This document shows positions 28,978 to 37,696 of a stretch of 37,696 bases of DNA, piece after piece. The stretch is from NCBI GenBank assembly GCA_963843375.1, contig CAWJKT010000031.1:1-37696 (forward strand), in the 5' to 3' direction. The notes beneath the pieces were generated by a model. That model saw only the letters and a list, made by a program, of their open reading frames with translations, was not told where the DNA came from and made no database searches. The translations under genes were made by a program, and so were the position numbers. How positions within the stretch are numbered: position 1 is the stretch's first letter; every line of letters starts with the position of its first letter. Source of the DNA: an uncultured Pseudomonadota bacterium. GTDB lineage: Bacteria; Oederibacteriota; Muellerivitia; Muellerivitales; Muellerivitaceae.

Positions 28978-29452
28978 CTAGTTGAATTCTAAAAGCGAGA
29001 AAGCCAGATTTGTGCGGCGAAGACGACTGGAAATAAGACTGATCAAAGTGCAAAAAACCTCATAAGCCACCTCGGGGTTTTTTTTGAGAAATTTTTTAAA
29101 ATCATCCCCCTTGATCACATGAATCGAACAATCTTCCCGCGGCCTTGACCGTGGCGGAATAGGGGGCATCATCAAAAACGCTCATTTCCCCAAAAATGGA
29201 GCCGCGGCTCAAATCGGCCAAATACTTTTTTTCTCCCAGTTCTTTGCCGGATTTTGAAACTTCCGCTCTTCCATTAATAATAATGTGGAGGTTTCCGCCC
29301 GCCTGACCCTCTTCGATGATGACCTGTCCGGCTTTGAAATTTTGGACTTTTCCCAGTTTGAAAATCTGACTTAATATTTTGTCCTGCATGCCGTCGAATA
29401 AACTGACTTCTTTTAAAAAATCGGTCAGCGGCGCTTCTTTGCGGGTTGCCAT
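28978..29452 (-). CDS. Stand-alone cyclic-nucleotide-binding domain protein (no HTH); one apparent frameshift near 29137
   Basis: LKEVSLF, IIEEGQ...LHIIINGRAEV and GSIFGEMS...PYSATVKA. Removing one G continues AEDCSIHVI...RLRRTN. Confidence 0.85.
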
Positions 29453-29694
29453 GATCGTTTCCTCCCCAGTCGTTACATTTTATAAATGATTTTATTAATT
29501 TGGCTAGGATTGATCTCTTTCTTCACTTCGGGTTTCAATCACGGGAATGAGGCTTTAAATTTTCCTCTTCTCTTCCTTTGTTCATCCGCCAAATTAAATA
29601 ATATGTTCTCCACACTACAAACACCGTGGCCAAAAAGCCAATCCCAAAAAAGACATAAGAAATGCAATGCTTCAACATTTTTGGTCTTTAAGCC

Positions 29695-30509
29695 TTATTC
29701 ATCCGCCGATTCCTGGGAATATCGATAAGGCGCTTCCCAACTGGAGACAGTACGATTAGGGGTTAAACGACGCCCAAACTTCCTCTTAATCAGATGAAGG
29801 GCCGCTAAATCAGCGCTTCGGATTTTTTGAGCTTGTGTCAGCGAATATTCGGCAGGTGGAACGGCCTCACCCGGCCCAACTCTTAACCAAACTTTTTTAC
29901 CGGATTGGCGGATATAAACCTGTACGACCAATTTAGACTTGGGAGCGTTAAAGTTGAATTGGCGCCACTGCCGTCCCTCTTGTCCATCATAACTGCCTTC
30001 TTCTTGTTTGCCGTCTTGGGGACTAATTAATTTGTATTTTTTGAAAAGAAGAGCGTTCAGTATTTCCTGGGAAGTCCAAGCTATTCGGGAAGATTCGTTT
30101 CCACCTTTGGCCGTCACCCAGCCTCCGAAAATAACATTAGGCCTGTATTTTGAAACCTGCCAGGGCTTGCGCTGATGAGCGTGTTTTTTTGATTTTTTCG
30201 TATCGGAGGCTTCGGCAACTGGAGTTGCCACTGGTTCCGGAGAGTGACTGGAGTAACACTCGAGCTTGCAGATGACGTTTGCGGGGCAGCGACGGGCTGG
30301 CTAGCTTGGTCACCCGAAAGCGGAGGCAGGGCTGGACCCGCCGTGGAAGAAACTGGTTGATTCGCTGAAGGCGCGGGAATCGTTGTAGTGGCATTTGAGT
30401 TCGCCGCCTGACTTTGGTCAGGTAAGGGAGGAAGGGGGGGCATATCTTGGGCCGAAACAATACCTATCGTCATCGAAAAAAGGATGAACCCCAAAAATCG
30501 TTTCATCAT
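29695..30509 (-). CDS. Hypothetical exported protein with Pro/Ser/Ala-rich linker and basic C-terminal domain; apparent frameshift near 30241
   Basis: AAGGAG RBS and signal peptide MMKRFLGFILFSMTIGIVSA; ORFs 30114-30530 and 29695-30231 join with one added base. Confidence 0.65.
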
Positions 30510-30608
30510 GCCGAATGCTCCTTGACCCAAAATATAAGTCCTTTTAAAACGACCTTTATTTTAACCACTTTGATTGAACCCCCAACAAAATTCTTCCGTT
30601 AAAGAAGT

Positions 30609-31103
30609 CTAAAACTTCATCGTTAGAAGGGGAATTTTGAATGCCAGGGGCTGAGGAATGGAAAGGTTTTCGACATAAGTGGACGAGGATGGAGGGGGGT
30701 ATTTATTCGTTAAAACCGAGACGCAAGCGATGGTGGTGGATCCTAATCCAGCCGCAACCACAAAAGGAATGAAATAATTTCCTCCGACTCCGAATTTGCC
30801 TTGCGCCGCCAAAGAAACCAAACCGGTAATCCCAAAACTGGCCAAAGCCGTAAAAGGAAGCGAGGTAATAAAAATTATCTGGAAATCCTCCGGTTGGTTT
30901 TCTTTATATTCAATCCCGTCAGGGTCATATCCGTAAGCCTGGCGCTCGTATTCATAGGGTTTTGAAAAACCACTGGTAAGGTCGGTCTGATTTGAGGTGT
31001 TGGAGCTATCATCCGGAATGGACAATTGAGCCAAACAGTCCAAGGGCTGAATCGCCACAAGGGCGATAAAATTGATGGTAATGATTAAAGCACGCAATGA
31101 CAT
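30609..31103 (-). CDS. Hypothetical membrane protein
   Basis: 164-aa ORF with signal peptide, two hydrophobic segments and a C-terminal Phe. Confidence 0.65.
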   Translation of the reverse strand: MSLRALIITINFIALVAIQPLDCLAQLSIPDDSSNTSNQTDLTSGFSKPYEYERQAYGYDPDGIEYKENQPEDFQIIFITSLPFTALASFGITGLVSLAAQGKFGVGGNYFIPFVVAAGLGSTTIACVSVLTNKYPPPSSSTYVENLSIPQPLAFKIPLLTMKF

Positions 31104-31154
31104 GGACTTATTTTATATAGATGTAAATAGGAAAGAAACAACCAAAGCCTTTTC

Positions 31155-32126
31155 TTATTTAGACCTGGTTTCCACCTGAACACCCGGCACCTTCAAAAAA
31201 CCACCTTGTTTTAATGTTTGCTCTTGTCCGCGATCTCTCTGAACATAGGCGTTCCAAAATTGCAAGGAGGCTCGTTTAATCCATTCATGAACTCGCGGAT
31301 CACGTATCTTGCCGCTAAACTGGGTATCGGAGAAATCCATGTGGTTCGCGCCTTGGATGATGGCTAAATATTTATGTCCGGGTCTTAGGTGCTCAAAAGC
31401 TTTAAGACGCCATTGATAGGGTTCCCCGTTTTCCAACCCCTTATCTCTCGTTCCGGTCATCATGAAGATGGGTCTATGAACCATTTCCCAAGAATCATCC
31501 CGAAAGGCCCAACCACCGGGACCCTGGGGCGACAAAGCCAAAAAAGCCTCCACCCTCGTATCCTCAAACCCAAGAGGCTCATCGGAAGAAGAGTAAACTT
31601 TTGCCCCCGCAACCGCCATGCAGGTATAAGCGCCAAAGGAGTGGCCGCCCATTCCAACCCGGGTGGGATCCATGCGCCCCTTCAATGCGGGCACCCTATC
31701 TTCCAATTGGGGCAAGGAATCCAAAAGAAAGGTGATGTCCTTTGGCCGGTTTACCAGATTAGCCTTAACATTGACCATCTGGCGCATCGCCCGCAGGTTG
31801 TAAAAAGGACGTCCTGGTTTCAAAAGGGATTTATCACTTCCCAAGTGGGTGGGATTTAAAACCACATAACCGTTAGCGGCCCAATAGCGGCTCAAATAGG
31901 CATAGCCATCCTTGGAACCGCCCGCGCCGTGGGAAAAAATGAGGATTGGAAACCGGTTCGGCCCGGTGGTCTGCGGATAATAGATTTTCAGTGGCACATC
32001 CCGATTGCGGGCGGCATCATGCAGGGTGAGATTTATTGAACGAACCGAATAATTCGCTCCCAATAAAGGCATGACTTGGAAAAGGAATAGGATCGGTAAG
32101 GTAAATACCGCAAATCCTCTTTTCAA
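31155..32126 (-). CDS. Exported alpha/beta hydrolase (PAF-acetylhydrolase/chlorophyllase-like)
   Basis: IFSHGAGGS, RPKDI, GHSFG nucleophile, GTRD and GANHMDF motifs; signal peptide; GGAGG RBS before TTG. Confidence 0.85.
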   Translation of the reverse strand: MKRGFAVFTLPILFLFQVMPLLGANYSVRSINLTLHDAARNRDVPLKIYYPQTTGPNRFPILIFSHGAGGSKDGYAYLSRYWAANGYVVLNPTHLGSDKSLLKPGRPFYNLRAMRQMVNVKANLVNRPKDITFLLDSLPQLEDRVPALKGRMDPTRVGMGGHSFGAYTCMAVAGAKVYSSSDEPLGFEDTRVEAFLALSPQGPGGWAFRDDSWEMVHRPIFMMTGTRDKGLENGEPYQWRLKAFEHLRPGHKYLAIIQGANHMDFSDTQFSGKIRDPRVHEWIKRASLQFWNAYVQRDRGQEQTLKQGGFLKVPGVQVETRSK

Positions 32127-32229
32127 TTTAAACCTCCCCGCGAGGAAAAAAAGGAATCAGGGATATTATTTCTCTCAGAAGCGAAAAATTGAAACAAGGG
32201 GAAATATTGAAAATGCTTCCTAAACCAAT

Positions 32230-34101
32230 TTAAGCCCTAGGGTTTTGGGCCATTTGTTCAAGAATTTGTTTCGCCGAACTTTTAGCCGTCTGTTTTTCGG
32301 ATTTCATGCGCTGTTCATTGTTTAAAATCTTTTTGCGCATGCGAAGGTTCTGTGGGGTGACTTCAAGCAATTCATCGTCCTGGATGTATTCCAAACATTG
32401 CTCCAGGGAAAAAATAGTCGGCGGTTCCATCGTCAATGCCTCGTCGGAAGCCTTACTCCTCATATTGCTCAAGTGTTTAGTCTTGCAGGGATTGACGGCG
32501 ATATCGTTTTCACGAGTGTGTTCCCCAACAATCATTCCCTCGTAAACTTCCATGCGAGGATTGATGAAAAATTTGCCCCTGTCCGCCAATTGGAACATTC
32601 CGTAAGCCGCGGTGGTGCCGGCCTCAAAAGCCACCAGCACGCCCCGACTGCGCCCGCTGATTTCGCCCTTGAATTCCCCATAGCCGGCGAAAACATGGTG
32701 CAAAACGCCTTCACCTTTGGTGTCGGTCATAAATTCGGTGCGAAAACCCAGCAGGCAACGGGAGGGAATCAAAAACTCGATACGCGTGGTTACTTCCGAA
32801 AGCGGGGTCATGTTTTTCATTTCGCCCTTGCGAGCTCCCAATTTTTCCATAGCCACACCCACGCAATTATTGGGAATATCGACAATGAGATTTTCGTAGG
32901 GTTCTTCCAGCTTCCCATCTATCATTTTGAAAATGACCTGGGGCCGGGAGACTTGAAACTCAAATCCCTCACGCCGCATTGTTTCAATCAAGATTCCCAA
33001 ATGCAATTCGCCGCGACCCGCCACCTTATAAGCATCCGGGCTTTCGGTATCGCTGATTTTCAAGGTCGGATTGGCCTCCGCTTCCTTATATAAGCGGTCC
33101 CGCAAATGCCGCGAGGTCACGAATTTTCCTTCCTTACCGGCAAAGGGGCTGTTATTGACTGAAAAAACCATGGACATGGTGGGTTCGTCGATGGCGATAG
33201 ATGGCAGGGCTTCGGGTTGGGAACTGGAAGCCACCGTTTCGCCGATTTGCACGTCTTCCAATCCAGCCAAAAGGATGATATCCCCCGCCACGGCTTCCTG
33301 GCATTCCACTTGTTTAATTCCTTGATAAGTAAAAAGTTTGGTGGCGTTGCTAGTGACTTTGCGGCCGTCCAACTTGATCAGGGTGATGGGATCGTTGAGT
33401 TTGATCTTGCCCCGCTTGATGCGCCCAACCGCCATACGACCAAGATACTCGTTATAGGAAGTGGTCGTGACCAGCATTTGGAAGGGTGAGTCGATGTCGA
33501 CTTCAACGGGTTTAAAGTGGTTCACGATGGTTTCGAAGAGGGGTGTCAAATCGGTGCCGGGCTTGTCCAAATCCAGGGTGGCTTTCCCTTCCCTTGCGAT
33601 TGCGTAAACCACGGGATAACTGATCTGATGCTCATTGGCTCCTAGGGCGATAAAAAGATCCAGAACCGCATCCACTACTTCGTGGGGCCGGGCGTCTTTG
33701 CGGTCGATCTTGTTGATGACCACAATGGCGTCTAGGTTTTGCTCTAAGCTCTTGCGAAGGACGAATTTGGTCTGGGGCAAGGGCCCCTCCGCCGCATCAA
33801 CTAATAAGAGAACACCGTCAACCATCGATAAAATGCGTTCCACTTCTCCCCCGAAATCGGCGTGGCCTGGGGTGTCGACGATGTTGACCCGAACTCCGTT
33901 CCAAATCACCGAGGCGTTTTTGGAGAAAATAGTGATGCCGCGTTCTTTTTCTAGGTCATTGGAATCCATGACCCGCTCTTCCATATGTTCATTTGCCCGG
34001 AAAACCCCCGATTGCTTGAACAGGGCGTCCACCAGGGTCGTTTTGCCATGGTCAACATGGGCAATAATGGCGATATTGCGTAAGTCTTTTCGAAGCGTCA
34101 T
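32230..34101 (-). CDS. typA: Translational GTPase TypA/BipA
   Basis: IAIIAHVDHGKTTLVD, EKERGITI, DTPGHADFGGEVER, NKID, GRGELHL and EVTPQNLRMRK motifs. Confidence 0.97.
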   Translation of the reverse strand: MTLRKDLRNIAIIAHVDHGKTTLVDALFKQSGVFRANEHMEERVMDSNDLEKERGITIFSKNASVIWNGVRVNIVDTPGHADFGGEVERILSMVDGVLLLVDAAEGPLPQTKFVLRKSLEQNLDAIVVINKIDRKDARPHEVVDAVLDLFIALGANEHQISYPVVYAIAREGKATLDLDKPGTDLTPLFETIVNHFKPVEVDIDSPFQMLVTTTSYNEYLGRMAVGRIKRGKIKLNDPITLIKLDGRKVTSNATKLFTYQGIKQVECQEAVAGDIILLAGLEDVQIGETVASSSQPEALPSIAIDEPTMSMVFSVNNSPFAGKEGKFVTSRHLRDRLYKEAEANPTLKISDTESPDAYKVAGRGELHLGILIETMRREGFEFQVSRPQVIFKMIDGKLEEPYENLIVDIPNNCVGVAMEKLGARKGEMKNMTPLSEVTTRIEFLIPSRCLLGFRTEFMTDTKGEGVLHHVFAGYGEFKGEISGRSRGVLVAFEAGTTAAYGMFQLADRGKFFINPRMEVYEGMIVGEHTRENDIAVNPCKTKHLSNMRSKASDEALTMEPPTIFSLEQCLEYIQDDELLEVTPQNLRMRKKILNNEQRMKSEKQTAKSSAKQILEQMAQNPRA

Positions 34102-34114
34102 TTCAACCTCAGTC

Positions 34115-34153
34115 TAAAAATAAGAAGCCGGCGGGCATAAGCCAACCGGCTTC
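34115..34153 (-). terminator. Intrinsic-terminator-like hairpin just upstream of typA
   Basis: Minus strand GAAGCCGG-TT-GGC-TTAT-GCC-CG-CCGGCTTC followed by TTATTTTT. Confidence 0.55.
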
Positions 34154-34227
34154 AGGGAGGCGAGAGTATACCTAAAAATAGGTTTAAAACAAAAGGATTT
34201 CTAGTCTATGGGAATCTTAAATTAAGG

Positions 34228-35034
34228 TTAATGGGCTCTTAAAAAAGGGAGTATGACCTTTAAAAACCCTTCCGAATTGTCGCGAAAAACGGCATGCTCT
34301 GCTTTTTCAACCACTACTAACTGCCCCGGGAGAATCAACCCCTTTATCTTTTCCGCTTCCTGTTGCGAAACATAATTGCTATCTCCGCCTTTGATAAAAA
34401 GAATCGGACACTTAATCTTGCCCAACCAATGGTAGGTTTCTTTTTCCCTCCCCAACTTTTGGGTTTTCCAAGCCGCCGCGGGGGAAAAATTCCAGTCCCA
34501 TTCCCCGCTATCTCTTTTCCAGAATTGGCCTTTGTAATAAACGATGCGTTTTTCGTCTCCTGAAAACTTCTTTGTCAGGAACTTATCCAAAGTCCGTTCA
34601 TCGGCGAAGGGGGTGGGATATTCGGTGTAGCGAGTGAGATATTTTTTCCAACTCTCCAGGTCCGCGGTTAGGGTTTGGTCCACGATCGTCAGGGTCTGAG
34701 CCCTTTCCGGGAACAAGGCGGAAAAAACCATGGCGTTTCGCCCCCCCGTGGAATGGCCCACCACGTGAACTTTTGTGTGACCCAATGCCGCAGCCCAGGA
34801 CTCCACATCGGCCGCATGATCCTCAGGGGCATATCCTTCTTCCGGTTTGTCGCTTTGCCCATGCCCCCGCATATCAAAGACATAAACATGAAAACCGGTC
34901 TTCGCAAGCATATCCGGAATACTTGCCCAATCCTGCGCTTTGGCGGTTAAACCATGGAGCAGGTAAATGACCGGTCCCGAGGATCGGTATTCCAGGTAAA
35001 AGAATTTTCCACGACCGGTTTGGACGAAAGGCAT
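34228..35034 (-). CDS. Alpha/beta hydrolase (YbfF-like esterase)
   Basis: LLHGL, DMRGHGQS, GHSTGG, FIKGGDS and AEHAV motifs. Confidence 0.88.
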   Translation of the reverse strand: MPFVQTGRGKFFYLEYRSSGPVIYLLHGLTAKAQDWASIPDMLAKTGFHVYVFDMRGHGQSDKPEEGYAPEDHAADVESWAAALGHTKVHVVGHSTGGRNAMVFSALFPERAQTLTIVDQTLTADLESWKKYLTRYTEYPTPFADERTLDKFLTKKFSGDEKRIVYYKGQFWKRDSGEWDWNFSPAAAWKTQKLGREKETYHWLGKIKCPILFIKGGDSNYVSQQEAEKIKGLILPGQLVVVEKAEHAVFRDNSEGFLKVILPFLRAH

Positions 35035-35131
35035 CGCTTTATTTACTCGCTTAAATTTATTGGTATTTTAATCCTCGGCCTCTTACAACCCACTTTTTAT
35101 TTAAATCTTGAGCCGATACAATGCCGTTCCT

Positions 35132-36388
35132 ATGCCCCAACCCAAAAGATTCAATAAATCCCACGATCCCTACGCCGCCTTCCGATACTCAAATTATCGT
35201 TATTATACCCTGGGTAACTTCCTCTCCGTCATTGGTCAGCAAATGCTGCGGCTTGCGGTGGGTTATAGAATTTATCATCAAACCCACTCCTTTTTAGCCT
35301 TGGGTTTAGTGGGTCTTTTCATTTGGCTGCCGATTTTCTTTTTCATGCTGCCAGGCGGCGGCATAGCCGACCGATTCAACCGCAAATACATTGTTCTTAC
35401 CTGCAATTTGTTATACGCCCTTTGCGCGGCCGGTCTGGCTCTGGCCCCCCTAAGTTCCTCCCCCCTCTTGATAATGTACGGGTTCCTGTTTCTCACGGGC
35501 CTCAATAGGGCCTTTTGCGACCCGGCGCGCCAATCGCTTTTACCGCAATTGGTGCCGAAAAAGGACTTCACCAATGCTATTACATGGAACAGTAGTATTT
35601 TCCAAATCGCTTCGGTCGCTGGACCCGCCCTTGGCGGAATGCTTTATGCCGCCATCGGTTATTCAAGGGTTTGTGGTTTGGATGTGATTTTAGAATTAAT
35701 CTTTTTCGCGAACGTATTAGCCATCCGACAGGCCCCCTTAAATTTCAAACGCGAACCCGTTACCCTGGGATCCCTTTTGACGGGCTTGCGGTTCGTCCGC
35801 CAAAATAAGTTAATTCTTGCAACAATCACCATGGATCTATTCGCCGTTCTTTTAGGGGGGGCGGTGGCTATGTTGCCCGCTTTTGCTGACGATGTGTTGC
35901 ATTGCGGACCCGTGGGCTTGGGTTGGCTTCAATCCGCCCCGTCCCTCGGGGCATTTCTCGTAACCATTTTTATCACCCATCTTCCACCCATGCAAAAGGC
36001 CGGCCGTGTCCTGCTCTGGGCGGTTGCGGGTTTCGGAATGGCAACTGTTGTTTTTGGGTTATCCCACCTCTTTTGGCTCTCCTTCCTGATGATGCTGATA
36101 ACGGGAGCATTAGACCTGATCAGCGTGATCGTCAGGGGAACCCTAGTTCAAGTATTGACGCCTGATTCCATGCGCGGAAGAGTAAACGCGGTTAGCTATA
36201 TTTTCATTCATTCCTCCAACGAACTGGGAGGTTTTGAATCCGGGGCGGCGGCGGCGCTCATAGGCCTGGTTCCTTCGGTGATTTTGGGAGGTTTAGGAAG
36301 TGTTTTGGTTGTCCTGGCCGTTACCCGGATTTGGCCCGAAGTGATTCAACTTGGATCACTTCAAAATCCATTGAGGAAAGCTACCTAA
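35132..36388 (+). CDS. MFS transporter (EntS/DHA3-like)
   Basis: About 12 TM segments; GGIADRFNRK, DLFAVLLGG, TPDSMRGRV and SNELGGFESG motifs. Start 35132 (ATG) or 35108. Confidence 0.9.
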   Translation: MPQPKRFNKSHDPYAAFRYSNYRYYTLGNFLSVIGQQMLRLAVGYRIYHQTHSFLALGLVGLFIWLPIFFFMLPGGGIADRFNRKYIVLTCNLLYALCAAGLALAPLSSSPLLIMYGFLFLTGLNRAFCDPARQSLLPQLVPKKDFTNAITWNSSIFQIASVAGPALGGMLYAAIGYSRVCGLDVILELIFFANVLAIRQAPLNFKREPVTLGSLLTGLRFVRQNKLILATITMDLFAVLLGGAVAMLPAFADDVLHCGPVGLGWLQSAPSLGAFLVTIFITHLPPMQKAGRVLLWAVAGFGMATVVFGLSHLFWLSFLMMLITGALDLISVIVRGTLVQVLTPDSMRGRVNAVSYIFIHSSNELGGFESGAAAALIGLVPSVILGGLGSVLVVLAVTRIWPEVIQLGSLQNPLRKAT

Positions 36389-36434
36389 CCCCGATCCTGG
36401 AAACTTCCGGAAATTGCTTCGCAGCGAAAAATCT

Positions 36435-37696
36435 TCATCGTCCCAATTCCCACCGAAGCGCCGATTCAAGGGTGGGATAAAGAAATTGAAATCCTGAGTC
36501 AAGCAGCTTGGCTGGTTTCACCTGCTGGCCTTCTAAAAGAAGGGCTTCTCCCATCTCCCCGAAAATAGCCTTCACCATGAACCCGGGAAGAGGGAACAAG
36601 GTCGGCCTTTTTAAAACTTTCCCCAAAACTTTGGTGAAAACCGAGTTCGTCACGGACTGGGGGGCCGTGGCGTTCACCGGCCCTGAAAGCGAATCCGCAT
36701 AGATCAGGTTGTGATAAATGCCAATTAAATCTTCGAGGGAAACCCAGCTCATCCACTGTGTTCCCGTGCCAATGGTTCCTCCGGCCCCCATTTGAAAAGG
36801 AATCAGCATCTTAGCCAAGGCCCCGCCAAGGGAGGTGAGAACAATCCCCGTTCGTACATTCACCACCCTTATGCCCGCTTTACGGGCGGCTCGGTGGCCT
36901 CTTCCCAAGCCCGGCAGACTTCCGGCAGGAACCCCTCGCCAGCCGCGTTGGTTTCAGTCAATTCCTCAGCCCCTCGATCGCCGTAAAAGCCGATGGCGGA
37001 TGACAAAGAATCACGCGGGGAGGATGCTTAAGGGAAGCCATTGTTTCCGAGAGGAACCGGGTTCCTTCCCTCCGGCTTTTGAGGATTTCCTCTTTACGCT
37101 TCGTAGTCCACTTCCCCGCTCCGATATTTTCACCGGCCAAATGAATCAGAACATCGGTGCTTTCCAAGGCGGTTTTATCCACTTCCCCATGGTAAGGATC
37201 GCAAAAGATTTCCGAACTTTCCAATTTTGGGGGGCCGCGCACCATTGACCTGATTTGGTGGCCTCCACAAGACAAAAAAGTCCTCAAGGCGTTTCCGATC
37301 ATCCCGGAAGCCCCGTCCATCACAATTTTCAAAGGCGGTTTCCCGGAATAAGGATGGTACCGTTTCAGGTCATTTTGGGTTCTGGCATGGCGGAAAGAAA
37401 AAACATGTTCCAATTTATTTTGGATGTACCTTCCCGCTAGCGCCCGCCCCAAGAATCCCAAAGGGGGCTGATACTCGACATGATCTAAAAGAAAGCTGGT
37501 CCCTTCCGTATCGGGACTAAACTGGTGGGTATGGACCCATTTGGCGAAAGGACCCTGCACGTGCTCATCGCAAAATTGTCGGCTTTCAATATAGCCATAT
37601 GAATTCCGGCCGACCGGCGGAGAAAGGAATCGCCCATCTCCGAAACCGTCCGGCCTCCATCCGCGATGCCTCCGGTACTTTCAATGACCTTGATTT
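36435..37696 (-). CDS. TIGR01777/YfcH NAD-dependent epimerase with N-terminal SRPBCC domain; 5' end off the window; several frameshifts
   Basis: QGPFAKWVHTHQF (SRPBCC), GASGMIG, IHLAGENI, SAIGFYG...GFLPEVCRAWE (alternate frame), GTQWMSWV and KRPTLFPLP. Frame changes near 37003, 36890 and about 37600. Confidence 0.88.

Noticed and set aside
28781..29053. Short ORFs 28781-29053, 29486-29728 and 7182-7388
   Set aside because: They overlap real genes or AT-rich intergenic DNA, with no RBS or recognisable motifs.

Overview
This window looks like two unrelated bacterial DNAs joined at about 2745-2748. The left part (1-2747) is very GC-rich by eye and its gene set resembles Opitutae/Verrucomicrobia (inference). 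It holds a GT1 glycosyltransferase, a thioesterase, Hsp15, a DUF3016 protein and the first 17 codons of rpmH. The right part (2748-37696) is near 50% GC by eye and reads as an ordinary chromosomal segment. It carries a giant Thr-rich secreted protein cut off in its DUF11-like domain, a secreted/TPR/GT-C-like cluster, a fatty acid desaturase, ileS-lspA-lspA-lgt-rluD, glgA plus a diguanylate cyclase, smc-ftsY-STAS-5'-nucleotidase-like genes, typA, hydrolases, an MFS transporter and a TIGR01777 epimerase. Single-base frameshifts hit many genes, including essential ileS, which points to long-read indel errors rather than pseudogenes. The best candidate for a new system is a diguanylate cyclase with an AMPK-beta-like glycogen-binding module (CBM48), directly downstream of glycogen synthase and behind a perfect sigma70 promoter. 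Also notable: a 5'-nucleotidase homolog that has lost most of its metal ligands, tandem lspA paralogs, a mucin-like surface protein near a GT-C-like gene, and a Rex/CRP-like operator before the desaturase. I saw no rRNA, tRNA, CRISPR array or mobile element.
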